Of a stretch of DNA of 64,000 nucleotides, positions 27,926 to 37,306 are shown in pieces. This stretch comes from an uncultured Fibrobacterota bacterium (GTDB lineage Bacteria > Fibrobacterota > Fibrobacteria > Fibrobacterales > Fibrobacteraceae): contig CAIRAY010000147.1 in NCBI GenBank assembly GCA_903876665.1, positions 1 through 64,000 of the forward strand, written 5' to 3'. Every line of letters starts with the position of its first letter. Positions within the stretch are counted from its first letter, which is position 1. The translations under genes were made by a program, and so were the position numbers. The notes beneath the pieces are model-generated. The model saw only the letters and a program-made list of their open reading frames with translations. It made no database searches and had not been told where the DNA came from.

Positions 27926-29304
27926 GAAACCAAGCGGTCGCGGAGGCCAGGGGCCTGATCGAGCTGTTGCTGGATATAATGGCTGATTTCAACATCCGTC
28001 GCTTGAATTTCTTCGATGATCTTGGTTTCGGGCCATTCTCCCGGCTTGGTTGCCGTGATCAAATCAAAAATATTCCCGAAACGCCGGGTTAGAATGGTGG
28101 TTTCGATTTCGCCCCAATAATGCACAGAAGGATAAGGCTGCCCTTGGCGCACCATGCGTAAGAAAACCTGCCGGTTGGGATTCTCGCGAAAATAAGGCAT
28201 GTCGTAGGTTTGGATCAGCGTGGGCAGAAATCCCGAGGCCCGGCTCATTTGCAACTGGACATCGGGGCGGGCCACCAAATATTCCAGGAGCTTCATGGCT
28301 TCGGCCTTGTGCTTGGAAAAGCGGAAGATGGCCAAATTGGAACCGCCCACAAAGTACCGCGAATTTCCATTGGGCGAGGTGGGTGGCATCATGCAGGCAT
28401 AATTGCGGGCCGCTGCGGATTTGCCCGTTCCGCCCAGGAATTGAGGACGATCGAGGTAAATTGATTTGGTTGTTGCGTCCAACCAAAAGGCCAGGCGACC
28501 TTCGTCAAAATCCGAACTCACTTGAGCGGTATTCTTTTCCAGGTTTCGGACTTCATTGAATCCTTGGCGAACCAGGCCTAGGTAAAAAAGGATTCCTCGA
28601 ATGGACTCGGGCCTTCCAATCGCGCTTTTAGTGGCTGTCGAATCCAGGAAGTCACCTCCGGCGCCCCAAATCCAGGGAGCCATGTTGTGAATAACATTCC
28701 AGTCATTTTTTCCGGGATAGCCCATGGCTTGAATGACATTGCCTTCCACAACCGGCTTGGAATTGTGGATACCTGTAAGCACCTTTGAGAATTGACCCCA
28801 AGTGCGAATGCTATCGGGTTGAACTCCCATTTTGGCTAATACATCTTTACGATAAAAAAGAGGCCTTACGTCAACGAACCAAGGCAAGGAGGTCACGCTA
28901 TCGGATGCCCTGGGGCGGGCAGATTCCATCCCGGCCTCCACGAATAAATCTTCGCCTCCCATTCCCTGCAGCACGGAATCCAAAGAAACCAAAGCTCCCA
29001 TCTCTGTAACGGCTGCGGTCCAGGTGGACCCCAATTGCAAAATGTCGGGACCGCTTTTGGCTGTTGCGGCAGTAGTGATTTTGGTCCAGGCACTTCCCCA
29101 GTCCAGTACGGTAACTTCGACCTCTATGCCAGGATGTTCCAACTTGAATCCCTTGATCAGCTTTTCCATGTCACGCTGGGGATCGGGAAAATTGGGAAGC
29201 ACCCAAATGGAAACCTTAGTCTGCCCGGTTGGGGCGTCCGGGGCACACGAAAAAAGCAAAAAGAAACCTAAACAGAAAGCAATGCGCAGGAATCCCGACA
29301 ACAC
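27904..29304 (-). CDS. Extracellular solute-binding lipoprotein of a sugar ABC transporter. The preferred start is GTG at 29304, immediately after the ATPase stop; the track ORF to 29451 overlaps the ATPase gene.
   Basis: Lipobox FLLFSC and an SBP family-1-like fold (KVSIWVLPNF...ILQLGSTW). Confidence 0.75.
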   Translation of the reverse strand: MLSGFLRIAFCLGFFLLFSCAPDAPTGQTKVSIWVLPNFPDPQRDMEKLIKGFKLEHPGIEVEVTVLDWGSAWTKITTAATAKSGPDILQLGSTWTAAVTEMGALVSLDSVLQGMGGEDLFVEAGMESARPRASDSVTSLPWFVDVRPLFYRKDVLAKMGVQPDSIRTWGQFSKVLTGIHNSKPVVEGNVIQAMGYPGKNDWNVIHNMAPWIWGAGGDFLDSTATKSAIGRPESIRGILFYLGLVRQGFNEVRNLEKNTAQVSSDFDEGRLAFWLDATTKSIYLDRPQFLGGTGKSAAARNYACMMPPTSPNGNSRYFVGGSNLAIFRFSKHKAEAMKLLEYLVARPDVQLQMSRASGFLPTLIQTYDMPYFRENPNRQVFLRMVRQGQPYPSVHYWGEIETTILTRRFGNIFDLITATKPGEWPETKIIEEIQATDVEISHYIQQQLDQAPGLRDRLVSWRRGHQ

Positions 29305-29306
29305 GG

Positions 29307-30407
29307 CTACCCCCCGGTTCCCGCAAGACGCAGACCGGTTGCAGGATCGAACCAGTGGAGGTGATTTTCCACCGGGGCCAAGAACACATGTTCGCCCACC
29401 TCGGGTACGCGAGACTCTTGAATTCGGACAATAAATGTCACTTCGCCACAACCCACATAGACCAAGGTTTCAAAACCTAAGGGTTCGACCACCTGAACCA
29501 CGGCGGGAATGGAAAAGGCGGACTCACTGGAAAAGGCAAGGTGTTCGGGCCGGATGCCCATGCGAACACCAGGCAAGCCCTGGGTGGCGGCGAGCATGGA
29601 GGGCGTGGGATGCAACACAACCTCGGTCCCACAAATTTTCATCGTTTTGTCCACCACATCCAAAGTCACGAAATTCATGGGTGGAGAACCGATGAAGGCC
29701 CCCACATATTCATTTCCGGGGTGGTTGTACATTTCCATGGGACTTCCGATTTGCTGGGTGCGGCCACCCTGCATGCAAACAATCCGGTCGCCCATGGTCA
29801 TGGCTTCGATTTGGTCGTGGGTCACATAAATCATGGTGGTCTGCAAGCGACCATGCAATTTTCCGAGTTCCACCCGCATTTGTGCGCGCATGTTGGCATC
29901 TAAATTGGATAGAGGCTCGTCAAAAAGAAATACGCGGGGCTTGCGCACGATCGCGCGACCGAGAGCCACCCGTTGACGCTCTCCACCCGAGAGGTGCCGG
30001 GGTTTACGCTCCAGCATGGGCCGGATGCCCAAGGTTTCTGCGGCTTCAAGCACACGAGCATCGATTTCGCCCTTGGTCATGCGCCGGGCAAGCTTGAGGC
30101 CAAATTCTAAATTTTCACGCACGGTCATGTGAGGGTAAAGCGCATAGCTTTGAAAGACCATGGCGATATCGCGATCTTTTGGATCAAGATTGTTGCAGAG
30201 TTGTCCGCCAATCCAGACCTCGCCCTCGGTTGGGGCTTCGAGGCCTGCGATCATCCGCAACACGGTGGATTTCCCGCATCCCGAATGACCCACCAGAACT
30301 ACGAATTCGGATTCAGCCACATCCAGGCAAAAGTTTTCCACCGCCGGAGTATTAGCTCCCGGGTAGGTCTTATAAAGATGTTTGAGCGAAACAGAAATCG
30401 CAGTCAT
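29307..30407 (-). CDS. ABC transporter ATP-binding protein, MalK/UgpC/MsmX-like sugar importer ATPase
   Basis: Walker A GHSGCGKST, signature LSGGERQR, Walker B VFLFDEP, and a C-terminal MalK-like regulatory domain. Confidence 0.9.
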   Translation of the reverse strand: MTAISVSLKHLYKTYPGANTPAVENFCLDVAESEFVVLVGHSGCGKSTVLRMIAGLEAPTEGEVWIGGQLCNNLDPKDRDIAMVFQSYALYPHMTVRENLEFGLKLARRMTKGEIDARVLEAAETLGIRPMLERKPRHLSGGERQRVALGRAIVRKPRVFLFDEPLSNLDANMRAQMRVELGKLHGRLQTTMIYVTHDQIEAMTMGDRIVCMQGGRTQQIGSPMEMYNHPGNEYVGAFIGSPPMNFVTLDVVDKTMKICGTEVVLHPTPSMLAATQGLPGVRMGIRPEHLAFSSESAFSIPAVVQVVEPLGFETLVYVGCGEVTFIVRIQESRVPEVGEHVFLAPVENHLHWFDPATGLRLAGTGG

Positions 30408-30531
30408 GGGAAAAATATAGCTTAGTGCACCGTGCAGAATAGGTGATAATTAGGGAGTCGCAGGGCAAAGGCATTGCCGGGCACCCTGCGGTAATCCCCC
30501 CTTCGGGGGACGACAATCCAAGTATACCCGG

Positions 30532-31011
30532 CTATGCGGCCTTGGGCTTGACCTTCTCGATATCGAACAGCTTGCGCCATGGCTCCATCTTGAAGCGGTT
30601 TCGGACTTCTCCCGCCACGATGGTCTGATAGGAAATGGCTACCAGCATGGCATCGGGAAGGTTGTTGATCCGCTTCACAAAGTTGCTGCTGGATACGCCT
30701 GGTTCCTGCAAATCGACCACAAAGGTATCCCATTCATCCAGGTCCATCACCTTGATTGCCTCTTCCACCGAGCGCACGGACTTGATCGTTGCACCGGCCA
30801 GGAGGTCCTCGAGAACTTCAATGGTGAGAGCCCGATGGGAGTCATCCAATTCCAGCACCAGGACCTTGCGGCTCGAGTAATCGTGCGGGATCAAAGCAGA
30901 ATCGATGGCGGATTCGGGAGCTGCCTGGTCCAGGATCTCGTCATCAAAGTCATCTAAATTGTCGTCGTCATTTTCTTCGATCTTTTTGCGGGCCATAGAG
31001 CCTCCATTCAT
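30532..31011 (-). CDS. Single-domain response-regulator receiver-like protein with an acidic N-terminal tail (orphan REC)
   Basis: KVLVLELDDSHRA...FVVDL...AISYQ, a CheY-like alpha/beta pattern. Its start overlaps the pepP stop by 4 bp. Confidence 0.5.
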   Translation of the reverse strand: MNGGSMARKKIEENDDDNLDDFDDEILDQAAPESAIDSALIPHDYSSRKVLVLELDDSHRALTIEVLEDLLAGATIKSVRSVEEAIKVMDLDEWDTFVVDLQEPGVSSSNFVKRINNLPDAMLVAISYQTIVAGEVRNRFKMEPWRKLFDIEKVKPKAA

Positions 31012-32477
31012 GGGTTGAGTAATGCTTCCAATTCGTCGGGATCCTTAGGGATTCCCTGCGACAGATTTTGACAGCCACGGGCTGTGACCAGCAAATCGTC
31101 TTCGATGCGGATTCCAATAGTTTCCTCGTAGCGGACTCCATTGAATACCGCAACGAACTGACCGTAAAGCCCGGGTTCATTGGAAATCAACATTCCGGGA
31201 CGCAAGGGCTGGTCTTGATAGATGCGGAAAGGATCGCCTTCGTGAACCTGTTCTCCGATCAGATGGCTGATCCCGTGGGGCCCAAGACTTGTGGGACGAC
31301 GGGGATCCTCGGGATTGCTCGGAAGGCGGGGGTATTGCCGGCGCATCTGCCCTCCCTTCGCAAGGAATCGGGTCCGCAGAAGGTCTTCGAGATGGTTCCA
31401 GGCGATGACATTCAGCTCGCGGATGGTTAGGCCCGGACGGATGTTGCCCTGATGAAAGGCCTGGGTATCCAGCACGATCTGGTAAAGCAGGCGCTGCAAG
31501 GGATTGAATACCCCGCCCACCGGAATGGTGCGACTGACGTCGGAGCACAGGCTCCCCACTCGCACGCCGAAATCCAGAAGCAACAAACGCCCCGCCTGCA
31601 AGGGTTCATCACACTTGGAGTAGTGGAGCGTACAGGCATTGTCTCCGCAGGCCACGATGGTCGGAAACGCAAGGCCATCATCGCTTTGGCGCCGCATTTC
31701 GGAGTCGATCAAGGCCTGAACCTCGCGCTCATTGGAAAGTGTGGCCAAGTTGCGCAGAACCGAAGCAAAGGCTTGCAGAGTGGCGGCTTCCGCGACCCGT
31801 ACCATCTGAATGCGGGCCCGGTCCAGAGGAATGCGCAGGTGCATGTGCAAAGACGCGACCGAGCGAAGCTCCGCCATGGGACATACCCGCTTCAGAAGCG
31901 AGGAGACCTTCAGCTGAAATTGCCAATTATGGTCCGTTTTATTGCTGAGATGCGTTTGGCTGATTGGATCCGTGTAGTCGTGCCAGAAGGCGAAAATATG
32001 ATTGCGCCGGATTTTTGGCAGGCGGTTCCGGAGCCAGACCCAGAAAACTCGGGCAGGTTTGATCTGGGTAAAGCCAGTGAGCGCCTGCATCTCAGCGAGG
32101 GAGGCCGGCTCGCCGGCGCCACGCACCAGGCCCAGCATGGTTCCGTCCCAAAACTCTCGGGAAGGATCGCGCTCCGGCAAAAAAAGGATTTCCCGGTCCG
32201 CTGGATCGGTCGCCAGCGGATCCAATGCTAGAAAGACCCCAGCCTGGTTAATGCCTGTGAGGAACAGGACTGCGGGATCCTGGATCCGACGGTCTGCATG
32301 GTAAGCCCATACATGTTCTGTGCCCGGACTGCGCTCTACACCGGAAAAAAGGCAGAGTGAAGACAGGTTTTCGAGCAGGCGTTTTCGACGCTCGGAATAC
32401 GCCAAGGATGCCTTCGAGCCAAGCTGGCTGGAGAGGAACACCTGGGAATATTTGCCGAGTGGCGCCTCTTGCACCAA
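31008..32477 (-). CDS. pepP: Xaa-Pro aminopeptidase (M24B family)
   Basis: An N-terminal AMP_N-like domain plus a C-terminal pita-bread fold with metal ligands, HYSKCDEPLQAGRLLLLDFG...HGISHLIGEQVHE...EPGLY. Confidence 0.8.
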   Translation of the reverse strand: MVQEAPLGKYSQVFLSSQLGSKASLAYSERRKRLLENLSSLCLFSGVERSPGTEHVWAYHADRRIQDPAVLFLTGINQAGVFLALDPLATDPADREILFLPERDPSREFWDGTMLGLVRGAGEPASLAEMQALTGFTQIKPARVFWVWLRNRLPKIRRNHIFAFWHDYTDPISQTHLSNKTDHNWQFQLKVSSLLKRVCPMAELRSVASLHMHLRIPLDRARIQMVRVAEAATLQAFASVLRNLATLSNEREVQALIDSEMRRQSDDGLAFPTIVACGDNACTLHYSKCDEPLQAGRLLLLDFGVRVGSLCSDVSRTIPVGGVFNPLQRLLYQIVLDTQAFHQGNIRPGLTIRELNVIAWNHLEDLLRTRFLAKGGQMRRQYPRLPSNPEDPRRPTSLGPHGISHLIGEQVHEGDPFRIYQDQPLRPGMLISNEPGLYGQFVAVFNGVRYEETIGIRIEDDLLVTARGCQNLSQGIPKDPDELEALLNP

Positions 32478-33089
32478 TTAGGCTCCAAAACCGTTCATGT
32501 ATGGGAGGTTTTTGGCCACGTCCTTGACCTTGGCCAAGTTCAATAAAAGACCGGAACGGGCATTCCAGGAACCATCCAGGAACTGGGCCCGCGGGCCTTC
32601 GGCAATCTCCAGGGAGAAGGATTCATCACCCATCTGGAGCTTGCGACCCGAAACCAGGCATTCCATTTGCCCCTTCGGGTTGGCCTCGATCCAGGCGAGA
32701 ATCTTTTCGGCGGTGGCGTGATCCACCTTGAAGCAAGGAATCCCCAGGGAGACGCAGTTCCCGAAAAAGATTTCGGAATAACTTTCGGCGATAATGGCAC
32801 CAATACCCCACCGCATCAGAGCTTGCGGAGCGTGTTCGCGACTCGACCCACATCCAAAATTGGAATTGGAGACCAAAATTTTGGCTCCTTGGTATGCAGG
32901 ATGGCGGAAGGAATGGACCTTGCCATGTTGGGAAAGAGCAATGATGTCGTCCTCGAAAGCATGGTCGCCCAGCCCCTCGAAGGTAACACACTTGAGGAAG
33001 CGGGAAGGAATGATTCGGTCGGTGTCGATGTCGTTCCCACGAACGGGGACGCCAGTTCCGGGCACCTTGTCAATGATTTTGATGCTCAT
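32478..33089 (-). CDS. leuD: 3-isopropylmalate dehydratase small subunit
   Basis: The 203-aa LeuD/aconitase swivel domain. Confidence 0.9.
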   Translation of the reverse strand: MSIKIIDKVPGTGVPVRGNDIDTDRIIPSRFLKCVTFEGLGDHAFEDDIIALSQHGKVHSFRHPAYQGAKILVSNSNFGCGSSREHAPQALMRWGIGAIIAESYSEIFFGNCVSLGIPCFKVDHATAEKILAWIEANPKGQMECLVSGRKLQMGDESFSLEIAEGPRAQFLDGSWNARSGLLLNLAKVKDVAKNLPYMNGFGA

Positions 33090-34492
33090 AAAAAATCCCT
33101 CACGTCAACAACTTTTCCATGGACGGCAGCGGCGGCGGCCATCTCTGGACTCATCAAAAGAGTGCGGCCCGTAGGAGAACCCTGACGGCCTTTGAAATTC
33201 CGGTTGGAGGTCGAAGCGGCAATTTCGCGCCCCTTCAGCTTGTCGGGGTTCATGGCGAGGCACATGGAACAACCAGCCTCGCGCCACTCGAATCCTGCAT
33301 CAAGGAACACTTTGTCGAGCCCTTCCGACTCGGCAAGCACCTTGACCTTTTGGGAACCAGGAACCACGATGGCCCGGATGCCCGTGGCAACCTTGCGGCC
33401 CTGAGCGACCTTGGCCGCGGCACGCAAATCCGAAAGGCGACCGTTGGTGCACGAACCGATGTAGACCACATTGATTGCCACTCCGATGATGGACTGCCCG
33501 GGCTGGAAATCCATATATTCGTAGGCCTCTTCGACGACCGTGCGCTCGGACCCGGAAAAGGAATCGACCAAGGGCATGGTTTGAGTGATGCCAATGGCCT
33601 GGGCGGGAGTGATGCCCCAAGTCACCATAGGCTCGATCAAGGAGCCATCAATAACGACCACATCGTCAAAAGAGCAACCGGGATCGGATGCGACCAGCCT
33701 CCATGAGGCAACGGCGCGATCCCAGGCAGCGCCCTGAGGTGAATAGGGACGGCCCTTCAAATACGCAAAAGTGGTTTCATCGGGATTAATGTAGCCACAG
33801 CGGGCTCCGCCTTCGATGGCCATGTTACAGACCGTCATGCGGCCTTCCATGTCCATGGCCTCGATGACCGGACCAGAGAATTCGTAGGCAAAGCCCACGC
33901 CACCATTCACACCCAGCTTGGCAATGTACGCCAGCGAAACATCCTTGGGAGTCACGCCTTTTTTGAGGGCCCCGGTGAATTCGATGCGGCGGACTTTCAG
34001 AGGAGCCATGGCCAAAGTCTGTGTTGCCAGGACATCAGCGACTTGCGATGTCCCAATTCCAAACGCCAAGGAACCAAATGCGCCATGGGTCGCCGTGTGG
34101 GAATCACCACAGGCGATCGTCATTCCAGGCTGGGTAAGTCCGTTCTCGGGACCGACGACATGGACCACGCCCTGCTCCCCCGTCTGGGGGCCAAAGAATT
34201 TGAGCCCGAAGTCCTTGGCATTGCGCTCGAGATGGGCGAACATTTCTTCGGAAATGGAGTCGCGCAAAGGACGCGCGCGCTCCTCCAGTGTGGTGGGAAT
34301 AATGTGATCCACTGTCACAAAGGTGCGCTCTGGAAACGCGACCGGAAGACCTTGCTCCCGCAACATGGCAAACGCCTGGGGGGAGGTGACTTCGTGACAC
34401 AGATGCAACCCAATGAACAACTGGGTCTGCCCAGAAGAAAGCATAGCCACGGAGTGACTTTCAAAAACCTTGGAGTATAAATTTTTCGCCAT
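33086..34492 (-). CDS. leuC: 3-isopropylmalate dehydratase large subunit
   Basis: 468 aa with the aconitase-family Cys ligands (CGDSHT, GSCTNGR). It overlaps leuD by 4 bp. Confidence 0.9.
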   Translation of the reverse strand: MAKNLYSKVFESHSVAMLSSGQTQLFIGLHLCHEVTSPQAFAMLREQGLPVAFPERTFVTVDHIIPTTLEERARPLRDSISEEMFAHLERNAKDFGLKFFGPQTGEQGVVHVVGPENGLTQPGMTIACGDSHTATHGAFGSLAFGIGTSQVADVLATQTLAMAPLKVRRIEFTGALKKGVTPKDVSLAYIAKLGVNGGVGFAYEFSGPVIEAMDMEGRMTVCNMAIEGGARCGYINPDETTFAYLKGRPYSPQGAAWDRAVASWRLVASDPGCSFDDVVVIDGSLIEPMVTWGITPAQAIGITQTMPLVDSFSGSERTVVEEAYEYMDFQPGQSIIGVAINVVYIGSCTNGRLSDLRAAAKVAQGRKVATGIRAIVVPGSQKVKVLAESEGLDKVFLDAGFEWREAGCSMCLAMNPDKLKGREIAASTSNRNFKGRQGSPTGRTLLMSPEMAAAAAVHGKVVDVRDFL

Positions 34493-34528
34493 TCCTGAAA
34501 TATAGGAAAAGCATTGGCAGAGAACGCC

Positions 34529-34864
34529 CTACTGGATCGAGAGCCCAAATTGCGCGAAGCTGTCTTCCAGAGCCTTCTCAAGTTGAGCCAGCAAAGCCTG
34601 AGGATCCGCCTCGAGCTTGCCTCCGGCATATTTTTCCAAGTCGCCAGCGAGGGTCCCCGCCAAAATGAATCTCATGTTGCGGCAGGCGCCTTTGAGGGAA
34701 TGGGCCAAGAAAAGGATTTCCTCCTTGGAACCATTGCTAGAAATTAAATCACGAAGTTGCGGGAGGGTATCCTTGGCATAACCTTTTAGATCGCCCAAAA
34801 ATTCGGTGTAATCCTCCTCGGAAATTCCTAGTTCTTCGAGCGCGACATTTTTATTGACAAGCAT
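34529..34864 (-). CDS. Histidine phosphotransfer (Hpt) domain protein
   Basis: 111 aa with the AHSLKGACRNM motif (HxLKG) within a four-helix pattern. Confidence 0.65.
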   Translation of the reverse strand: MLVNKNVALEELGISEEDYTEFLGDLKGYAKDTLPQLRDLISSNGSKEEILFLAHSLKGACRNMRFILAGTLAGDLEKYAGGKLEADPQALLAQLEKALEDSFAQFGLSIQ

Positions 34865-34942
34865 ATTAACCCCATTCCAAAACCTGGACTCATCTTACCA
34901 CAATCAAAATGGGATTGTCAAGCAAAGAACCATGAATCGATT

Positions 34943-35131
34943 TTAGTTTTTTTTAAACCGGCCTCGAACCAGCTGCAGGATCACCCCAACCCCGAGACCT
35001 ACGCCGGCGACCGTCGTTCCCAGCTCCAATTTTTCGTGTATCGCCACAATATGCCCCGCGACTTTGTCGGTTAAGAGGAGGAGGACTACAATCACCAGCA
35101 TGGCCAAATTCCACCGGCGAATCCCGTTCAT
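34943..35131 (-). CDS. Possible small two-TM membrane protein (hypothetical; start ambiguous, the track ORF runs to 35179)
   Basis: This small ORF lies downstream of ubiA on the minus strand, with a hydrophobic core (LAMLVIVVLLLL) and a Gly-rich second segment. Confidence 0.25.
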   Translation of the reverse strand: MNGIRRWNLAMLVIVVLLLLTDKVAGHIVAIHEKLELGTTVAGVGLGVGVILQLVRGRFKKN

Positions 35132-35135
35132 CCCT

Positions 35136-36023
35136 TCAAAATTTTGGAACATTCCCAATCCCTCCCTGCAAATAGACAACTAAACCAAGGCCAGCCAGAC
35201 AAAACAAGCTAATCAGCACATTGGCAAAAAAGAAATCCTGATTCATACGATCCAAATCATTGGACTTCCGAAAACGATGAATATAAACAAGAACTACGGC
35301 GCAAAGCCCCTGACTCAGCCACCATGGCCAGGGAAGGGCATACAAATATCCAAGAACCAACCCGACCAGGAGCATCCCCACATGGGAAACCAGTGCGATC
35401 CTAAGAGATTTTGTGGCCCCAAAACGGACGGGGATGGAGCGGAGTCCCAAAGCACGATCCGTCTCCTCATCCTGTGTGGCATAGATAATATCGAATCCAT
35501 GGATCCACAACCCCAGCATCAAGCCCAAAAGCGCAGGAAACCAGGCAAATTCACCCCTCACCGCAATCCAGGCGCCCAGCGGAGACATGCCAATGGCAAT
35601 CCCCAAAAAGGCGTGACAGGCCCAGGAAAACCGCTTCCAAAGAGAATAGGAAAGCAGGAAAAACCAAACGGGAATCGCACAGGCGAAGGCCAAGGAATTG
35701 AGCGTGAAAGCTCCGAGAACAAACAACAATCCATTGATTCCGATAAAAACTTTCACTTGCAAACTCGACAACTTACCCGCAGGGATATGCCGATTAGCGG
35801 TGCGCGGATTATTTGCATCAAATTTGGCATCGATTAAACGGTTGAAAGCCATAGCCGAATTCCGCCCCGTTGCCATACAAACCAGGATAGCCACAAAAAC
35901 CTGCCAAGAAGGAATGCCACCCGCCGCAACAAACATGGCGGCCAAGGCAAACGGCAAGGCAAAAAGGGTGTGGGAAAACCGCACCAGCTCCAAGAACATT
36001 CGCGTTCGGGGGAAAAAACTCAT
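35136..36023 (-). CDS. UbiA-family aromatic prenyltransferase (4-hydroxybenzoate polyprenyltransferase-like / MqnP-like)
   Basis: Asp-rich motif NRLIDAKFDANNPRTANR, 8-9 TM helices, and a 4-bp overlap with ubiX. Confidence 0.8.
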   Translation of the reverse strand: MSFFPRTRMFLELVRFSHTLFALPFALAAMFVAAGGIPSWQVFVAILVCMATGRNSAMAFNRLIDAKFDANNPRTANRHIPAGKLSSLQVKVFIGINGLLFVLGAFTLNSLAFACAIPVWFFLLSYSLWKRFSWACHAFLGIAIGMSPLGAWIAVRGEFAWFPALLGLMLGLWIHGFDIIYATQDEETDRALGLRSIPVRFGATKSLRIALVSHVGMLLVGLVLGYLYALPWPWWLSQGLCAVVLVYIHRFRKSNDLDRMNQDFFFANVLISLFCLAGLGLVVYLQGGIGNVPKF

Positions 36024-36577
36024 GGACTGCCCCAGGCCTTCGCCACCTGGTGGTCTACCTGCAAATGATCGAGAACTTTGACCACGACAGAATCAACAAG
36101 CTCTTCGATATTCTTTGGATGACGATAAAAGCTTGGGCTTGCGGGAATGATAATGGCACCCGCTTTTTGCAGGCGCAAAAGGTTCTCCAAATGAATCTGG
36201 GAAAGTGGCATTTCGCGCGGGCAGAGAACCAGGGGCCGGCGCTCCTTGAGACAAACATCGGCGGCACGGGTCAAAAGAGAGTCGGAAATCCCCGCAGCCA
36301 TGCGCCCCAGAGTGCCCATGGAACAAGGAAGAACCGCCATCCCGACATAGCGGGCGGAGCCACTGGCCGGAGCCGCAAACATGTCGGTATTCACAAAAAT
36401 CCGGGAAGCCAATTCAAGACTGGCTAATTGTTCCTCAAACGCCAGGACTTCCCTTCCGCAATCCGAAATCATCACATCCACAGGACAACCCAGAGCATGC
36501 ATGTGGTGTAAAAAACGCGCAGCGTATATGGCACCGCTCGCACCGGTGATCCCCAAAAGCCAACGCTTATTTTCCAT
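36020..36577 (-). CDS. ubiX: Flavin prenyltransferase UbiX (prenyl-FMN synthase)
   Basis: Start at MENKRWLLGITGASGAIYAARF. Flavoprotein fold GITGASG...LVLCPREMPLS. Confidence 0.85.
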   Translation of the reverse strand: MENKRWLLGITGASGAIYAARFLHHMHALGCPVDVMISDCGREVLAFEEQLASLELASRIFVNTDMFAAPASGSARYVGMAVLPCSMGTLGRMAAGISDSLLTRAADVCLKERRPLVLCPREMPLSQIHLENLLRLQKAGAIIIPASPSFYRHPKNIEELVDSVVVKVLDHLQVDHQVAKAWGSP

Positions 36578-37253
36578 GGGAAAGATCCTTGGTAAAAACC
36601 ACCAGATGGGCAATGCCACCATCGAGAGGGACGCAGGCCGCGGGAGTCAAGCCATTTGCCCCACCCCGTTGCACAAATTGATCCGCAGTAACGAAACGTT
36701 TGACGGAACGGACCAGATACTCGTAGGCCTCGCGTCGCCCACTGAATAATGCACCTGCGATGGGGATAAATACCGGACCTAGAACATTGTAGAAGAACTT
36801 TGTCCACATATTGGTGGGACGGAAAAACTCCAGTACCACTAGGCGGCCGGAATCCTTGAGAACCCGCGAGACTTCGAGCAGGCCTGTATCTAGATTATCG
36901 AGATTTCTCATTCCGAATCCACAAAGCACCAGGTCCACACAGTGATCCGGAAGGGGAAGAGCAAGCGCGTCCAATTGAACCACGGCAAGGTTGGGTGCCT
37001 TTAATTGGGCCATCCGAAGCATACCCTGGGAAAAATCCCCAATTACGCCATAGCCCGCATCGCCCCAAATTTTATGGAAGGTTAACAGAAAATCTCCCGT
37101 TCCTCCACAAAGATCAAGCACCGATTCGGCAGGACCAGCCATGCGACAGGCCTTGCGCCTCCAGGCCACGTCGTGACGAAGACTCAAAAACCGGTTCAGA
37201 AAATCGTAGCGACCGGAAATGCGGTCAAACATGGTCTGTACGGCTTGGGACAT
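36567..37253 (-). CDS. ubiE: Ubiquinone/menaquinone biosynthesis C-methyltransferase (UbiE/MenG family)
   Basis: SAM motif LDLCGGTGDF and a UbiE-like core of about 228 aa. Confidence 0.8.
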   Translation of the reverse strand: MSQAVQTMFDRISGRYDFLNRFLSLRHDVAWRRKACRMAGPAESVLDLCGGTGDFLLTFHKIWGDAGYGVIGDFSQGMLRMAQLKAPNLAVVQLDALALPLPDHCVDLVLCGFGMRNLDNLDTGLLEVSRVLKDSGRLVVLEFFRPTNMWTKFFYNVLGPVFIPIAGALFSGRREAYEYLVRSVKRFVTADQFVQRGGANGLTPAACVPLDGGIAHLVVFTKDLSHGK

Positions 37254-37306
37254 GCGCTGAATATAGCTAAACGCAACGCCCCGAAAACCCGCCCTGCGGG
37301 CAGGTG

